DNA from: Octopus bimaculoides
Taxonomy: Eukaryota
DNA: 64,000 nucleotides
Direction: 5' to 3'
Assembly (NCBI RefSeq): GCF_001194135.2
Contig: NC_068984.1
Coordinates: forward strand, 62,580,191 to 62,644,190
The number at the start of each line of letters is the position of its first letter. Position 1 is the first letter of the stretch. The position numbers and the translations under genes were made by a program. Shown here in pieces: positions 25,066 to 39,199 of the stretch. The notes beneath the pieces are model-generated. The model worked only from the letters and a program-made list of their open reading frames with translations, was not told the origin of the DNA and searched no databases.

Positions 25066-25868
25066 ACACCATCACCACCACCACCNNNNNNNNNNNNNNN
25101 NNNNNNNNNNNNNNNNNNNNNNNNNNNNNNNNNNNNNNNNNNNNNNNNNNNNNNNNNNNNNNNNNNNNNNNNNNNNNNNNNNNNNNNNNNNNNNNNNNNN
25201 NNNNNNNNNNNNNNNNNNNNNNNNNNNNNNNNNNNNNNNNNNNNNNNNNNNNNNNNNNNNNNNNNNNNNNNNNNNNNNNNNNNNNNNNNNNNNNNCACAC
25301 ACACACACACATACACACATATATATATATACAGGTAAACACATATATGTTGGTAGGTATGTGTGTATTGTTCTATTCTTCATGCAACATTTACAAAGAC
25401 ACTTCTGCTTATGCAAAAGACAAGTACTCAAATGGACTGACTTATGTTATTAAGATTGCAGAGACACATAAGTACATATTGCTTCGCACACATAGTAATA
25501 CATACATTTATCGATACATATGCTTATTTTCACTTTGATTTAATATTTCTTGTCCAAAGTTGAATGGCAGACTAATACTGTAAACTCGTATCAATGCCGG
25601 AATAAGATGCTGCACTGCTATTTCCAGAACTGATAAGGAAAGGGCAGTAGCTATGTCAGACATAAACTATTCAGTTAAACAAGTTATAATGTTATCACGG
25701 AATGTCGACTAGCTTTCCTTAACGTTCCCACCGGCTTCTGCATTCCGAAGCTAGGCTTTACAATTCAAGCGGCTATAGATCCGGCGTTTGTCAATAAAAC
25801 AAGAACAACAAAACAAGACCAACAATTGTAATTGTAATAGTAATGATGATGATGATGATGATGATGAT

Positions 25869-25916
<48 letters not shown>

Positions 25917-26506
25917 TAGCATTAACATCAACCGTCGCCATCAGCAGCAACATTAATCATCATTGTTGTCAGCATCATCATCAAAAAATTCAACAGTAGC
26001 AAAAAAAAAAGAAAAAGAAATATCCCTCTCATTTTGTTGTTGCATTCTCATTAGTAGGTTGTTGATAGGCGTGTCCCAATAAATTAAATGTCACCAGTAC
26101 AATGGTTATCATATATTGAATGTCTTGACTTGTATGCTTTACTGCGTTGCGCTAATGTATAGACATTTTCCAGGCACTGATAACTTAATGAACTATTTCT
26201 TGTCTGGGTGTACTATAGAGTTTCACGTTCAAGTCTTGTGATCTATGATATCACATATTTTTCTCACCAAAAATTATGATTGAGAATGTGTTATGTTAAG
26301 TTACAAAATTTTTAAGCTAAAAATTATATTGCTCACCGCCCTTTTCTCATTATCGTTACTGTTTGTGACGTTGTTGTTATTGTTGCTGTTGTTCTTCTTC
26401 TGATGTTGCTATTGTCATTGTGATGTTCAAATTCACACCATCCCTCATACGCACGCCTATATATATGTAAAATATATACATGTTTCAAGTTCATTCTATA
26501 TTTCTA

Positions 26507-26560
<54 letters not shown>

Positions 26561-26689
26561 ACACCATTATTAATATTATGCATCGAGTAGGTCATTTTTT
26601 GCAAATAAACACATGCACCATATATCCGTTCTTCACTCATGTATTACTGTTCTTCTTTTATATTATGTCCACTGTCTGGATCTCTTCAA

Positions 26690-26965
26690 CAACACTTTCT
26701 GAGACTTGGGAGAGTACCCTCTGCTACAGCATCGGGTCAACCAAAGCCTTGTAAGTGGATTTGGTAGGGCAAGACTGGAAAAGACTGTATTTGCCACCCC
26801 ACTACCGTCGCTTGACAATAGATTTTGGTATTTATGTTCCCGTAACTTAGTTGTTCGCCAAAAGAGACCAATATATTAAGGACTAGGCTTACAAAGAATA
26901 AGTTTTGTGTCGATTTCTTCGATTAACAAAACCTTTTTTAGGCAGTGCTCCAGCATAGCTGCAGT
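26690..26965 (+). mobile_element. SINE (family B) internal and 3' portion, diverged
   Basis: ccaaagccttgtaagtggatttggtag...cccgtaacttag...aggcttacaaagaataag...gtgctccagcatagctgcagtc matches 50420-50720. Confidence 0.75.
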
Positions 26966-28370
26966 CAAATAACAAACAAATAAATGAATATAAGAATATA
27001 TANNNNNNNNNNNNNNNNNNNNNNNNNNNNNNNNNNNNNNNNNNNNNNNNNNNNNNNNNNNNNNNNNNNNNNNNNNNNNNNNNNNNNNNNNNNNNNNNNN
27101 NNNNNNNNNNNNNNNNNNNNNNNNNNNNNNNNNNNNNNNNNNNNNNNNNNNNNNNNNNNNNNNNNNNNNNNNNNNNNNNNNNNNNNNNNNNNNNNNNNNN
27201 NNNNNNNNNNNNNNNNNNNNNNNNNNNNNNNNNNNNNNNNNNNNNNNNNNNNNNNNNNNNNNNNNNNNNNNNNNNNNNNNNNNNNNNNNNNNNNNNNNNN
27301 NNNNNNNNNNNNNNNNNNNNNNNNNNNNNNNNNNNNNNNNNNNNNNNNNNNNNNNNNNNNNNNNNNNNNNNNNNNNNNNNNNNNNNNNNNNNNNNNNNNN
27401 NNNNNNNNNNNNNNNNNNNNNNNNNNNNNNNNNNNNNNNNNNNNNNNNNNNNNNNNNNNNNNNNNNNNNNNNNNNNNNNNNNNNNNNNNNNNNNNNNNNN
27501 NNNNNNNNNNNNNNNNNNNNNNNNNNNNNNNNNNNNNNNNNNNNNNNNNNNNNNNNNNNNNNNNNNNNNNNNNNNNNNNNNNNNNNNNNNNNNATATATA
27601 TATATACATATATGTATATATATGTATATATACAGACAGAGAAAGATTGTGTGTTTGTGTGCGTGTTAGGTGTGATGTACGGAAATTGAATATTGAAGAA
27701 AAAGTCATCTTAATTTTGAAGCAAAAGTGTATTTTTTATTTCTTCATTGTTATTCGCACTTTCGTTCGTTTCTCGAACTCGTCAAATATAATTTTGTGAA
27801 TGTACAAACAGCTTGTTCATATATATAAAATAGATATATTTTGGGGGTTTTGTTTAGAAGAGAACATTGATTTCTTTTGGGTGGGGGTGAGGTTCCATTG
27901 ATAATGGAGGTGGATGGATAGAAATATAGGTAGGTAGGTAGGTTGATTGATAGATATATAGATAGATGGATAGAGAGAGAGATAGATAGATAGATAGAGA
28001 GAAAGATAGTCAGACAGATAGACAAAGAGCGGGAGAAAGAGAACCGGGTTCCCCTTCCTATTCACCAATTATTTATTTATTTAGTCATTTACCATTGTAT
28101 TGGAATCGGTTTAAGATTGGTGAACTCTGAAAAAAAACAAAAACAAGTGCGGTGTGGTCATCACTGAAAGTCTTTTTGTTTTCACTTTCCTTCTTTTTTC
28201 TTCTTTCATTTTCTCCTCTTTGAGTTATATTAGGAATACAAAATGCACTGTCTCTCCTTTTTCTTTCAAACATTCAATTTTGGAGAGAAATTTTTGATGA
28301 AATGTAGGTCTGCAGAAAAAAAACACTAGTATAATATTTGCGAACAAAAAAATAAATAAATAAATAAAAT

Positions 28371-28406
<36 letters not shown>

Positions 28407-28885
28407 GTTAAGCTAGAACATCCCAATGCTACACATATATATTCCTGAACATTTGTAGAGATGAGCCACAATTGGAATGAAAAATGCAAATTCTCCGCTT
28501 TAACTTCCAACATTTAATTTTGGAGAAAGTCCCTTGATAAAGTATGTGCGTGTGAGGGTTTGTGTGCGTGTTTACGTGTGTATGCATGTGTGCGTGTGTG
28601 TATGTGTTTGTGAACATGTCTATGTTTTTACTGTGTAACTTCCGTCACGCCTCTTTCAATTTCATGTTTTGTATTAGAGAATATTAGTATAACACATACA
28701 AACTACAAAACCACGCAAAGCTCAGAACATCTCAATGCCACACATATACATCTGAATATTTACAGAGATGAGAATTATGTTTCCGATATTTGAGTTAGAG
28801 TACAAAATGTACTGACTCCACTTTTCTTTGAAACATTCAATTTTGGAGAGACTTTTCTGATTCAGTGTTGTTCCATTGCTTTTCG

Positions 28886-28933
<48 letters not shown>

Positions 28934-29025
28934 NNNNNNNNNNNNNNNNNNNNNNNNNNNNNNNNNNNNNNNNNNNNNNNNNNNNNNNNNNNNNNNNNNN
29001 NNNNNNNNNNNNNNNNNNNNNNNNN

Positions 29026-29074
<49 letters not shown>

Positions 29075-29561
29075 ATGTGTATATGTATGTATGTATGCAT
29101 GTATGTATGTATGTATATACAGGGTATGTGAATAAATTTTCTACATTATGCAAAACTGTAAATAACGCTGACATCTTATTTTAACAGATATATTTACATA
29201 AGAATATCTTCAAATACTAAAAAAGAGTAAATTCATTCAATAAAATCGCCATTGACTTCTGCTACGGCCTCCAGACGACTTCAGAATCACCTGCAACTCT
29301 TCTGGGCGGTTTCCTTGTTTATGTTGCTGAATGCTGTCATAATCCTCACCTTTAGTTCATCTTCAATGTTACAAGCAGGTTGTAGGTCCCTCACTCAACT
29401 GCGCCCCACACATCATAATCAAGGGAGTGGCAGTGTGGGGAGTTGGATTCCCAGATATTAGGGGGTGATATAGTCGCAGAAATTGTCTCAGAGCCATGAT
29501 TGTACATTATTTAAATTATTTACATTATTTACATTCGACGGATATTTGTCCTCATCTTGTT

Positions 29562-29607
29562 AACACAACGTTTCGGCTGATATATCTTCCAGCCTTCTTC
29601 AGGTGTC
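29562..29607 (-). ncRNA. Minimal type I hammerhead ribozyme motif
   Basis: Minus strand: gacac-CTGAAGA-a-ggctg-gaagatatat-cagcc-GAAAC-GTT-gtgtt. Intact core, perfect 5-bp stem II, stem I gacac/gtgtt, palindromic ACGT stem III, GUU cleavage triplet. Confidence 0.8.
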
Positions 29608-29687
29608 TTGGGAAAATTTCGAACCTGGGAATGGGAATCCAGGTTTTCGAACTTAGGAATGGGAACCCAGGTTCGAAATTTCCCCAA

Positions 29688-29733
29688 GACACCTGAAGAA
29701 GGTTGGAGGGCATATCAGCCGAAACGTTGTGTT
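29688..29733 (+). ncRNA. Minimal type I hammerhead ribozyme motif
   Basis: gacac-CTGAAGA-a-ggttg-gagggcatat-cagcc-GAAAC-GTT-gtgtt; stem II has one U-G wobble, otherwise intact. Confidence 0.8.
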
Positions 29734-30283
29734 AGCATCAAACAAAATGAGGACAAATATCCGTCGAATGTAACTAATGTAAATAATTAAAAAAATATAC
29801 ATAATTCCTCATCTTTTAAATATAAAACAGACATGACTGTGTTCCTCTGCTTGTGTAGCATGGTGCAGAATCTTGTTGCCAGACATAGGATCTTCCAGCA
29901 ATTACCCTCTTGACCCAGGGCAGCACTACCACTTCCAGGCACTTGATGTAGGCCTCCGTATTGAGCCTAAAGAGTTTGGTAAGATAAATGGAGGCATAAC
30001 GTCGCCGTCCCTAGTGATCAGTCTAATCATCATGATGTTGACGGGATGTTTGATTTTTAGCACTCTCGGTACATGTCCTCAGAATGCACCGTCCTCAGAT
30101 TGACACCCAAACACTATTAAGTATTCGTATTGGAGCTTCCGATGCGAATGCCAAACAGTACACCATGTCATTTCCAAATTTCTGACAGAGTGAATTGCGT
30201 CATGGAGCTGTTTTTCTCGTTGACGGTGCCCCACTAACGCTACTATACTGTGTAGTCGATAAAATCAAAAACCAAACAAGGCG

Positions 30284-30378
30284 CGGGAAGAATGGAAAAG
30301 TTCGGGAAGAATGGAAACGTTCGGGAAGAATGGAAACGTTCGGGAAGAATAGAAACGTTCAGGAGGAATGGAAAAGTA
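30284..30378 (+). repeat. 19-bp minisatellite (cgggaagaatggaaacgtt) x5
   Basis: Five adjacent copies; the two middle ones are perfect, the others have 1-4 substitutions. Confidence 0.95.
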
Positions 30379-32179
30379 TTTGACGATTTGAGCCTACGCT
30401 CTTCGACAGGAAAAAACTGAGAGGGAACAAAAAAATTTAAAAAAAAACAGAAAGAAAGAATGTGTAGGGATACATATACATTTGTATGTGTGTGTAATTA
30501 ACAAACTGAATACAATTTACGAGAAAATTTTGCAATTTTATTTTGATTAAAATGCCAGCGTGTTTCCGGGCTAAAACTTTGAAGGCTGTTTGCGTGCTCA
30601 ACTGCTTCTTGCTGTCACTCCCTCCCGCTTTGTTTGTTGTTTTGACTGACAAGGAACATTACGTTTTATTACATGTAACGTAATTTTACATTGAAGCTGT
30701 GGAAATGCAATTATCAGTTTGTTTAGAAGAATTAGTATGGTAAAATGATCTAGGTTTACTCAATTTTAAATTTTGTTTCCTTATTTCCTCATATTTTCAA
30801 ATTCATGCTAAGTAATATATTGAAATTCATTACGAAATATTGTAGAGTTAACGAAATTAGTATGTATAATAAAATAGATTATATTCTAAACAATTGTACT
30901 TGCCGAAAGAGATTCTGCCTGAATGAAACAGTAACGTTGTAAAGACGTCTCTCGAATTTTATGTACCAACACACTTATCATTAAGGTTAAAAAATACGCT
31001 ATAATTTTATATACACATGATAGTTTCAGTATTCTTACAACATTTTATTGTGTATCGCTTAGATAAACATAGAATTATCGGATGCCTGAATATAGTTAAA
31101 GTTTCTGAAAACAAGGCAAAAATGCATATGAGTAAAAATTTAAAACCCGCTTCCCAATTTCCTATTTAAAACTTTGTTTAGCATAGCAAAACAAATTTCA
31201 AAGTTATCACTACATAAAGGGATTTTCATTATAATAATCTATATAAAAGCGGTTTGCTAGAAGAATTTTTAGCAAACCGCGCAAAATGCTTGCCAGCATT
31301 TCGTCCACCTTTACGTTCTGAACTTACACATTCAGTATATCTAAGATACTGATGAGGTTACGTATAGATATACAAGTAGTATTAAAATTATTTTAAACTT
31401 GAAATCTCATTAAACAAAATTAAAATATGCAGTGTGTACTTTTGAACTAAAATGTTTGCAAAATTCTATTGTTACTGCATGCTAAATCTTCGTGTAGAAA
31501 TCCAGAATTTATTCTGTTTTAGACCTTTGAATATTAACTACATCTTAATGTTTATTAAGATCTTCTTTCAGAATCCCACTTCCACACTCCAGAATGAATA
31601 TATTACTGCCATTCCAATTCTCCGTAGTATATGAAAGATTGTGCTACTCGTAATATTAATATTTATTAGAAAATTATATCCAGTTGCAACGGTTCCATAA
31701 AGTAGCTAATTCTGTACAACATCCAATATATGTTCTGATATTTTCTCGAAGTGGTGATACGGAAATTTTCATAGTTTTCATTATATTACAGGTTAATGCG
31801 ATCCGATCGATTGCATAACCCTCCGACGACTTCAATAACTTACCTGATAACTTCAGTTGACACTTGTAGGACCTCGTATTAAATATGACCTAACCCATCT
31901 CACTCAGCACACATACACGCACGCAGAAAAAGACATAGTCACACAAACACATATACACACACATTAATTATACACATAACGAGAGTTTCAGTTTTCACCG
32001 GGATAATATTTCAAACCAATGATGTCACCGAATGCCAATGATGTCACCAAATGCTTGTAATTTAACCATGAAATTTGGATTCTTTCTGTAAAGACGGAAC
32101 ATATGAAAATTAATTTAATTTTTTTTCCTTCACATGAAACTTAACGGGATTCTGCAATAATTAATATGGGTGTCAAATT

Positions 32180-32375
32180 CGGCGAGCTTACAGAATCGTT
32201 AGCACGCCGGGCAAAATACTTAGCGGCATTTCGTTACACGTAACATTCTGAGTTCAAATTCCGCCGAGGGTAAATTTGCTTATCATCTTTTCGGGACTGT
32301 GTGGTCTATGTAATTGACTTAACTCCATTCCCGAACTTGCTGGCGTTGTTTCAAAATTTGACACCAATTAATATT
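32180..32375 (+). mobile_element. tRNA-derived SINE (family A)
   Basis: ggcgagcttacagaatcgttagcacgccgggcaaaatacttagcggcatttcg...ttctgagttcaaattccgccgagg; same family as 47545-47765. Confidence 0.8.
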
Positions 32376-32377
32376 GG

Positions 32378-32575
32378 TACAAGGCCAGTAATTTCGGTAG
32401 AAAATTGAAGTCGTTTACATCGACCCCACTATTCAACGGGTTTTTAATTTATCTACCCCGATATGATGAGTGCCAAAATCAACCTCCTGGCTATTTGAAC
32501 TCAGAACGTAAACAGGGACGAATTCCCATTAAGCATTTATCTCGGCGTGTTAACCACTCTGTCAACCCGCTGCTT
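32378..32575 (-). mobile_element. tRNA-derived SINE (family A), inverted relative to its neighbour
   Basis: Reverse complement reads ...gttaacacgccgagataaatgcttaat...tttacgttctgagttcaaat...ggggtcgatgtaaacgactt...ggccttgta. Confidence 0.75.
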
Positions 32576-33212
32576 TGCTACAATAATTAATATTAGATAC
32601 AAGTACGTAAAACACAATGCATACAAGAGTTTCAACAATTAAGTGATTTTCGCGATTAAGTGATATCAACTCTCTAGGTATATTTTATTTGGATATGCTC
32701 CCAATAATACTGTAAGATGCCATTAAAACTATGCTGAATTTTAATTAAAATTTAGGCGCACATTATTTGATTTCTATTCTAATGTTTGTAGCATTCAGCT
32801 GACTCAGAATTATAATTCAAAATACTGTATTTCCTAGGAACTCTTTTTATGCGTGCGTGTGTATGCGTATATATATATGGAAAAGGAAAGAGAATAACTT
32901 CACTGGTACTTCTAAACAATTTAGTCTATTATTTTTTTGATTTTTAAAAAATATGAATTTTACACTTTAGTTCATAGATCTAGTAAGTTCTTTGTTAACT
33001 TGGGTGGAGAGATTTTTTACAAAAATTCCTTGTTAAGGTTTCTGGACAATGTTCTCGCATTCGTTTCAAACTGATACGAACGTCGACTTTTTTGACGGAC
33101 ACAATATTTTAATCATTTAGAAATATTTTTAACTGAATGCGATTTCATCATCCGGATTTTGTCATTTTCCTTACAAAGTATTTATTTTTAATTACTTTTA
33201 CTTTAAAGTGAA

Positions 33213-33728
<516 letters not shown>

Positions 33729-34941
33729 ATTTTAAAACAAAAGAAACAAGTGATTTTCAGGATAAAAATGGTTAAAACGAATATCCATTGTACAAACTGG
33801 CAAACAATTCCGTGAATACTTTACCGGGCAAAGCTGAGTAGTAAGTTTAGTTTATTTATATACGCACCTAAAAGCTGGATGAATGTTGTCTACACGGTTT
33901 CAATTTATCAATAGTATCTAGCTATACCTGGAAATTACTTTAAACAGAGATGTCAGCATATATTTCTTTAATTTTATCTGGAAGTAATTCTACAGTTTTT
34001 AGTTGTAAATTTTATACTCTGCATAAGATCGAGAACGCATTTGTTGAAATGTGAATATAGTGAGTTTTGACTATGTTTTTAGACAGATTCTGAGCAAAAG
34101 TTTTTTTTTTTTTAATTGCAACATTGGTGTATATTAAAGTATAATCCAGCTATCATATTCTTTCAATTATACAATTATTTCGAAATATAATTTTCAGGAA
34201 AGATACGAATATTTTTACAAACATATACAGATGTTGTTCGCAAATATTGCATATTCTTTCACATAAAATTAATTTTTCGTAATGTATACTTCAGAACTGG
34301 TAAGTCTTCTTTCAGTTTTTATTGTTTTAGCATGTATAAATTGGCGTTATCAATATTTGAATTCGTCCATTTACGCTGAGTTGCTATGTTTTTAAACATA
34401 TAGTTTGGCTTGAAGCCTCAGTAAAAGACGGGTTGGTCTAAAACTATATTGTTTAAATATATAACCTGAAGGTAATTTAAATATTACGTTAATTCAATTT
34501 CTTACCAATCATGATATTCTCACTCTCTTGTGAGCATAAAACCTTTTTTCCTTGCTTTTGTCTAATTTTAAAACTAGTTTTATAAGCATTTTAACATATA
34601 AATTATATTATAAAATATAACGTCTTTGTATAGATTTTATTTGTCTGCTAGCACAGTAAGTGCAGCAAAAATATATTAAGTGGACATTAAATTGTTTTAA
34701 TGTTGGTAGCCTCTCTAGTTTTATATAAGCGTAAAATAGTCTAAATAGTATTACAATTTTAAACTAATGACACTGCGTTGGTAAATTTCATTTCGAGGTT
34801 AAATTTTGGTAAATGTACATAAATTAAGGATAAGAATATTAAATTTAAAATTCCTACTTGATATTGTGGTAAAGTCTTCATTATAAGTATATATAGGGGT
34901 GTGTATAAGTATTTGTCGGTACATACACACATACACACACA

Positions 34942-34973
<32 letters not shown>

Positions 34974-35141
34974 TTTATATATACAAATAAATTATATATA
35001 TTTACAATTAAATTGCTAGAAATAGGAGTCAACACCCCTAAGCCGCAAATTTCTCACTATAAGTGATACAAGCAAGCTAGTATTTCGGTACCCTTAAGTA
35101 TTTGTATATATCTTGCCTATTTAGGTTGATTGCTGGCAATT

Positions 35142-35310
<169 letters not shown>

Positions 35311-36137
35311 TGGTAATAATATTCTTTTATTCTTTTTTTATTCTCTTATTTGTTTCAGTCATTTGACTACGGTCATGTTCGAGCACTGCCTTTAGTCGAA
35401 CAAATCGACCCCAGGGCTTATTCTTTGTAAGCCTAGTACTTAGCCTATCGGTCCCTTAGCCGAAACGCTAAATTACGGGGAAGTAATCACACCAACATTA
35501 GCTGTCAAGCAATGGTGCAGGGAAGACACAGACACGCAAACACACACACACAAATACGCGCGCGCTCACACACACACACACAAATAAATACACACACACA
35601 CACACTCACATATATATATACGACGTGCTTCTTTCAGTTTCCGCCTACTAAATCCACTCACAAGACTTTGGTCGGCCATGCAGCGGGACTTAACTCGGAA
35701 CCATGTGGTTGGTAGCACAAGCTACTTACCACACAGCCATTCCCACGCCCATGTATCAAATTTTATACTTTATAAAATAATTTATTAAATTTAAAACTTT
35801 TTAACTTACTTTTTGTTCTGTTTTGAATGTAGCGGGGTTATTCAAGCAAACAGACGCGCACGGTGTAGTGAATATATTTTGAAAAATAATTTTACATAGT
35901 AAGCTTCGCTGATAATCTTAAGTGCTCTAGCACAAAAGGGGAAATAAATTGATACTTCGTAGTTTTTGCAAAGGTAACGACTATTTTTCTTATATTCACT
36001 ACATTAACCGTGCGTGTTTTCTTATAGTGAGAGATTTATAGTTCTGCTTCTAGGAAGCTGGTATTTCGGTACCCTACTCATAATTTATTTGTATATATTT
36101 TGCTATTTTAGGTTAAGCTTGCTGGCCACTTTATTAT

Positions 36138-36202
<65 letters not shown>

Positions 36203-38339
36203 TTACTACTACTACTGCTACTGCTGCTGCTGCTGTTGTTGTTGTTGCTGTTATTATTATATTTAATAATGTTAATAACGTAACCGAGTGGTATCTACTC
36301 TTGGTTGTTTTATGCATTATTTTCATTATAACTCAGACGTATTTCAGTACGTTTCAGCATTATCTGGTTAAGTAGATATTTCTTTTAAAAGCAATATGGC
36401 TGAAGGATTTTGATTTTCGATTAAAGCATGTCCGTTTGTTTTCTTGCTATAGGTCTAGTTTAGCTTAAGAGTAGCCTTAGTAGTGCAGACATATGTGTAA
36501 CCACATCCCAATGATAATTTTCTCGCTTTCCTACATTGATACAGTGCTCTTGCTCAAAATATTTCTTGTAAACTTTATTTAAGGCAGTTAAACTTCCATT
36601 GGAATTTGCAGCTATTTCTAGACTCAGGACAAAAATCACAGTTTCTTTAACTTGTTTGCTAATTACATATTGATATATAACAAAATAGTACTACAAATAA
36701 TATTTTCTGCTCTTCTTTGAATAAAAATATATAATACATCACACTGCCGACAATGTATACTGAGTATGATAGAGGTATTTAGTACAAAGGAAACAAATGG
36801 TAATTTAAGTCATGTTTCATTTAAATTATCTACTCATCTTTCATCCGTTTCTATGTATATGTATTACTACATTCTGCCGAGATTGAATATGTGACAGTTG
36901 TCAAAGCATTGAATAAAAATTATTATAAGCTAAAACGAATGTCGGAAACGAATATTTTAAATGGTGCAAAATACGTGCTAGGATATAATTATACAAAGTG
37001 CATTCCAATTATAACTGTCATGTTATTTTATTATTAAATAGAAACTATATCGTATACAACACGCACTATTTATTCCACGAACAACTGTATTACAATGAAG
37101 TAACATCATATAACCTACATCGACAAATAGATTTAACAAGCAATCTTATTTATCCTAACGGAATGGCCATTTTCCAAATTGTGTCAATTTCAATCAATTT
37201 CATAAAATATGAAATCAAATCCAACAAAAGGAGAAAATAAAGTAATAAGACAAAAATTAACAGATTTCCCTAAAGCAGAAAAACCTGTTTAAATTCACAA
37301 TGTGTCCAATTCAAATAAAAGCCATCAATCAGACAATATTTTCGAAATTGATTCAATGCCACTTTCAAAATAATTGGGAAGAAAATTGGAATATTTCCCT
37401 GGTTGGCATCATTTAAACAATACATAAATTTATTTAAATCTCATAAAACAATATCGTCCTCTTCAGTTATTAATGGAGATTACTTTCAAATATATTTCAC
37501 AAAAAGCCAGCTCACTTCTCCAGAATGTTGTCATATTAAATGCAGAAAATAATTAACCCATCTTGGTTTCAGCTTTTAATCCTTATTTCGATTACATGCA
37601 TTCGTTTTAGAGCAGATGAGGAAAACTTTCAAATACACTGTATGTACATTTTTAGTATAAATTATATTATTATGATTATTATTTTTTCACTAAGACGAAA
37701 TGGATAGGAGAACGTAATTTTTTAATAGAAAGAAAATTATTTGCTTCAGATCCAACAGCTCAGCATGATGCACCTGGTAACCAAAGACCTCACTACTTTT
37801 TTCATGGGCAAACATAGTACGTGGCCGAGTATCTTCGACTGTCTCAAAATGATGGAATCCTCTAGATGTCTCAGTCCGGTTATTTCCATGAGGTTGTGTA
37901 ACCTTAATAAAATACTCCTCAGATTGCCACATTTTGGGCATTATTCTAATCAACCTTATTGATAAATTATAATTGATAAATTACAATTCTAAATTATAAT
38001 TTAAAACTATTTAGGTGTTTACATAATTACATAATTACATGACTGACGCAGTCTCTTAAAATCGCGGTTTGCAAGAGTTGACTTGTAATTTGTTAAAAGA
38101 AAACAGTGCTATTTTATTAGTTATCGCCAAGCTAACATGGCAGTCCAGAAAAATAGTACGAATGCTGCAGTTGATTAGCTCCAAGAAGCCATCGCCTCTA
38201 GGTAGCTATGTGACACACGAACCTGTGTCCATTATAACCTTCGAACAGGGGAGGTCTGCCGTTTCCCCTTGCTGATCTAGCATCTACAGACTAGGTTCAG
38301 AGTATTTGCCCCTTATCAATGTAGAGCAGCCGAACCTTG

Positions 38340-38374
38340 TAAAAGCTAAAATAGCAGTGCTATTTTAGCTTTTA
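38340..38374. repeat. Perfect 17-bp inverted repeat with 1-nt spacer
   Basis: taaaagctaaaatagca-g-tgctattttagctttta. Confidence 0.95.
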
Positions 38375-39199
38375 TAATTTTGTTAGACATTAACCACAAA
38401 GTGTAAACACGTGTTTGGAAATATCCACGTTTCTTGAATACAAAATTAGTATATCAAACGGCAGATGAATTGAAATTCTTCTTATTTAGTTGAGTATAAA
38501 TGTCACACACGCTTTGAATTTGTCGTGTAATCGTACGAAACACTGAACACTCGCGATGTTGCATTGTTTGAAAATATTGAAACATTGGTTGACTAAACAG
38601 CTTATCCACATGAATGGAAGCTTGACTTTAAACCCTGTAATAACAAAACAAAGGCATAAATAATATCAAAAAGAATAATCTTTTATATATAACCAAACGT
38701 TTCATAGCCATTCATAATCCTGTTACCTTGACATAACTTCGACTAAATACAAACTATGACAAAATGTTCGGTACTTGTCGAAAACAAGTCATACGCATAC
38801 TCGCGTCTACCATTTATCTATCTCATACATACATAAATACACCTCTCACACACATATAGAATATAAATAAGTAACAAGCATGTACAGATGTCAATTCCTT
38901 ACGGCCGCTTCTAGCGGTTCTATTCAATTGTTTAATGAAAACATTACATCAATTTGAAAGAAACCGTTCTCGGAGACTTGATATTTAATATTCAAATAAT
39001 TCTGTTGGGGTGTGCAGATTATACTGAACTAGCAACATAATACCGAAAACACATACACACAGATACACACAGACACACACACATGCGCGCGCAAAAAAAT
39101 ATAACAAAAAGAAAATGGAGAAATCGATATGCAGACATCAATTTGTTGAAACATCCCTTATGGAGGTTTTTATATCCTTGAAATTATATATATATATTT

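Larger units (their letters stand above)
29500..29831. mobile_element. 332-bp palindromic PLE-terminal-repeat-like insertion flanked by CATGA direct repeats
   Basis: CATGA at 29495-29499 and 29832-29836; removing the insert restores the mariner reading. Arms ~29515-29630 and ~29660-29788 are reverse complements of each other. Confidence 0.85.
29230..30200 (-). mobile_element. Tc1/mariner-superfamily transposase remnant, interrupted by the hammerhead palindrome
   Basis: Minus strand: KHPVNIMM...DGDVMPPFI..., TQSWL*DNFCD (split by the insertion), SLDYDVWGAVE...DELKVRIMTAFSNINKETAQKSCR..SRLEAVAEVNGDFIE*. Confidence 0.85.

Noticed and set aside
30284-30378. Short direct repeats as a possible CRISPR array
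   Set aside because: Head-to-tail 19-mers with no unique spacers in a eukaryotic genome.
31249-31280. 11-bp GC-rich hairpin gcggtttgcta/tagcaaaccgc (terminator- or Helitron-like)
   Set aside because: It is the degenerate head of a family A SINE; no CTRR end follows.
36060-36100. atgagtagggtaccgaaatacc (minus strand) as a possible hammerhead
   Set aside because: Lacks the CUG of the core and has no stems I or III.
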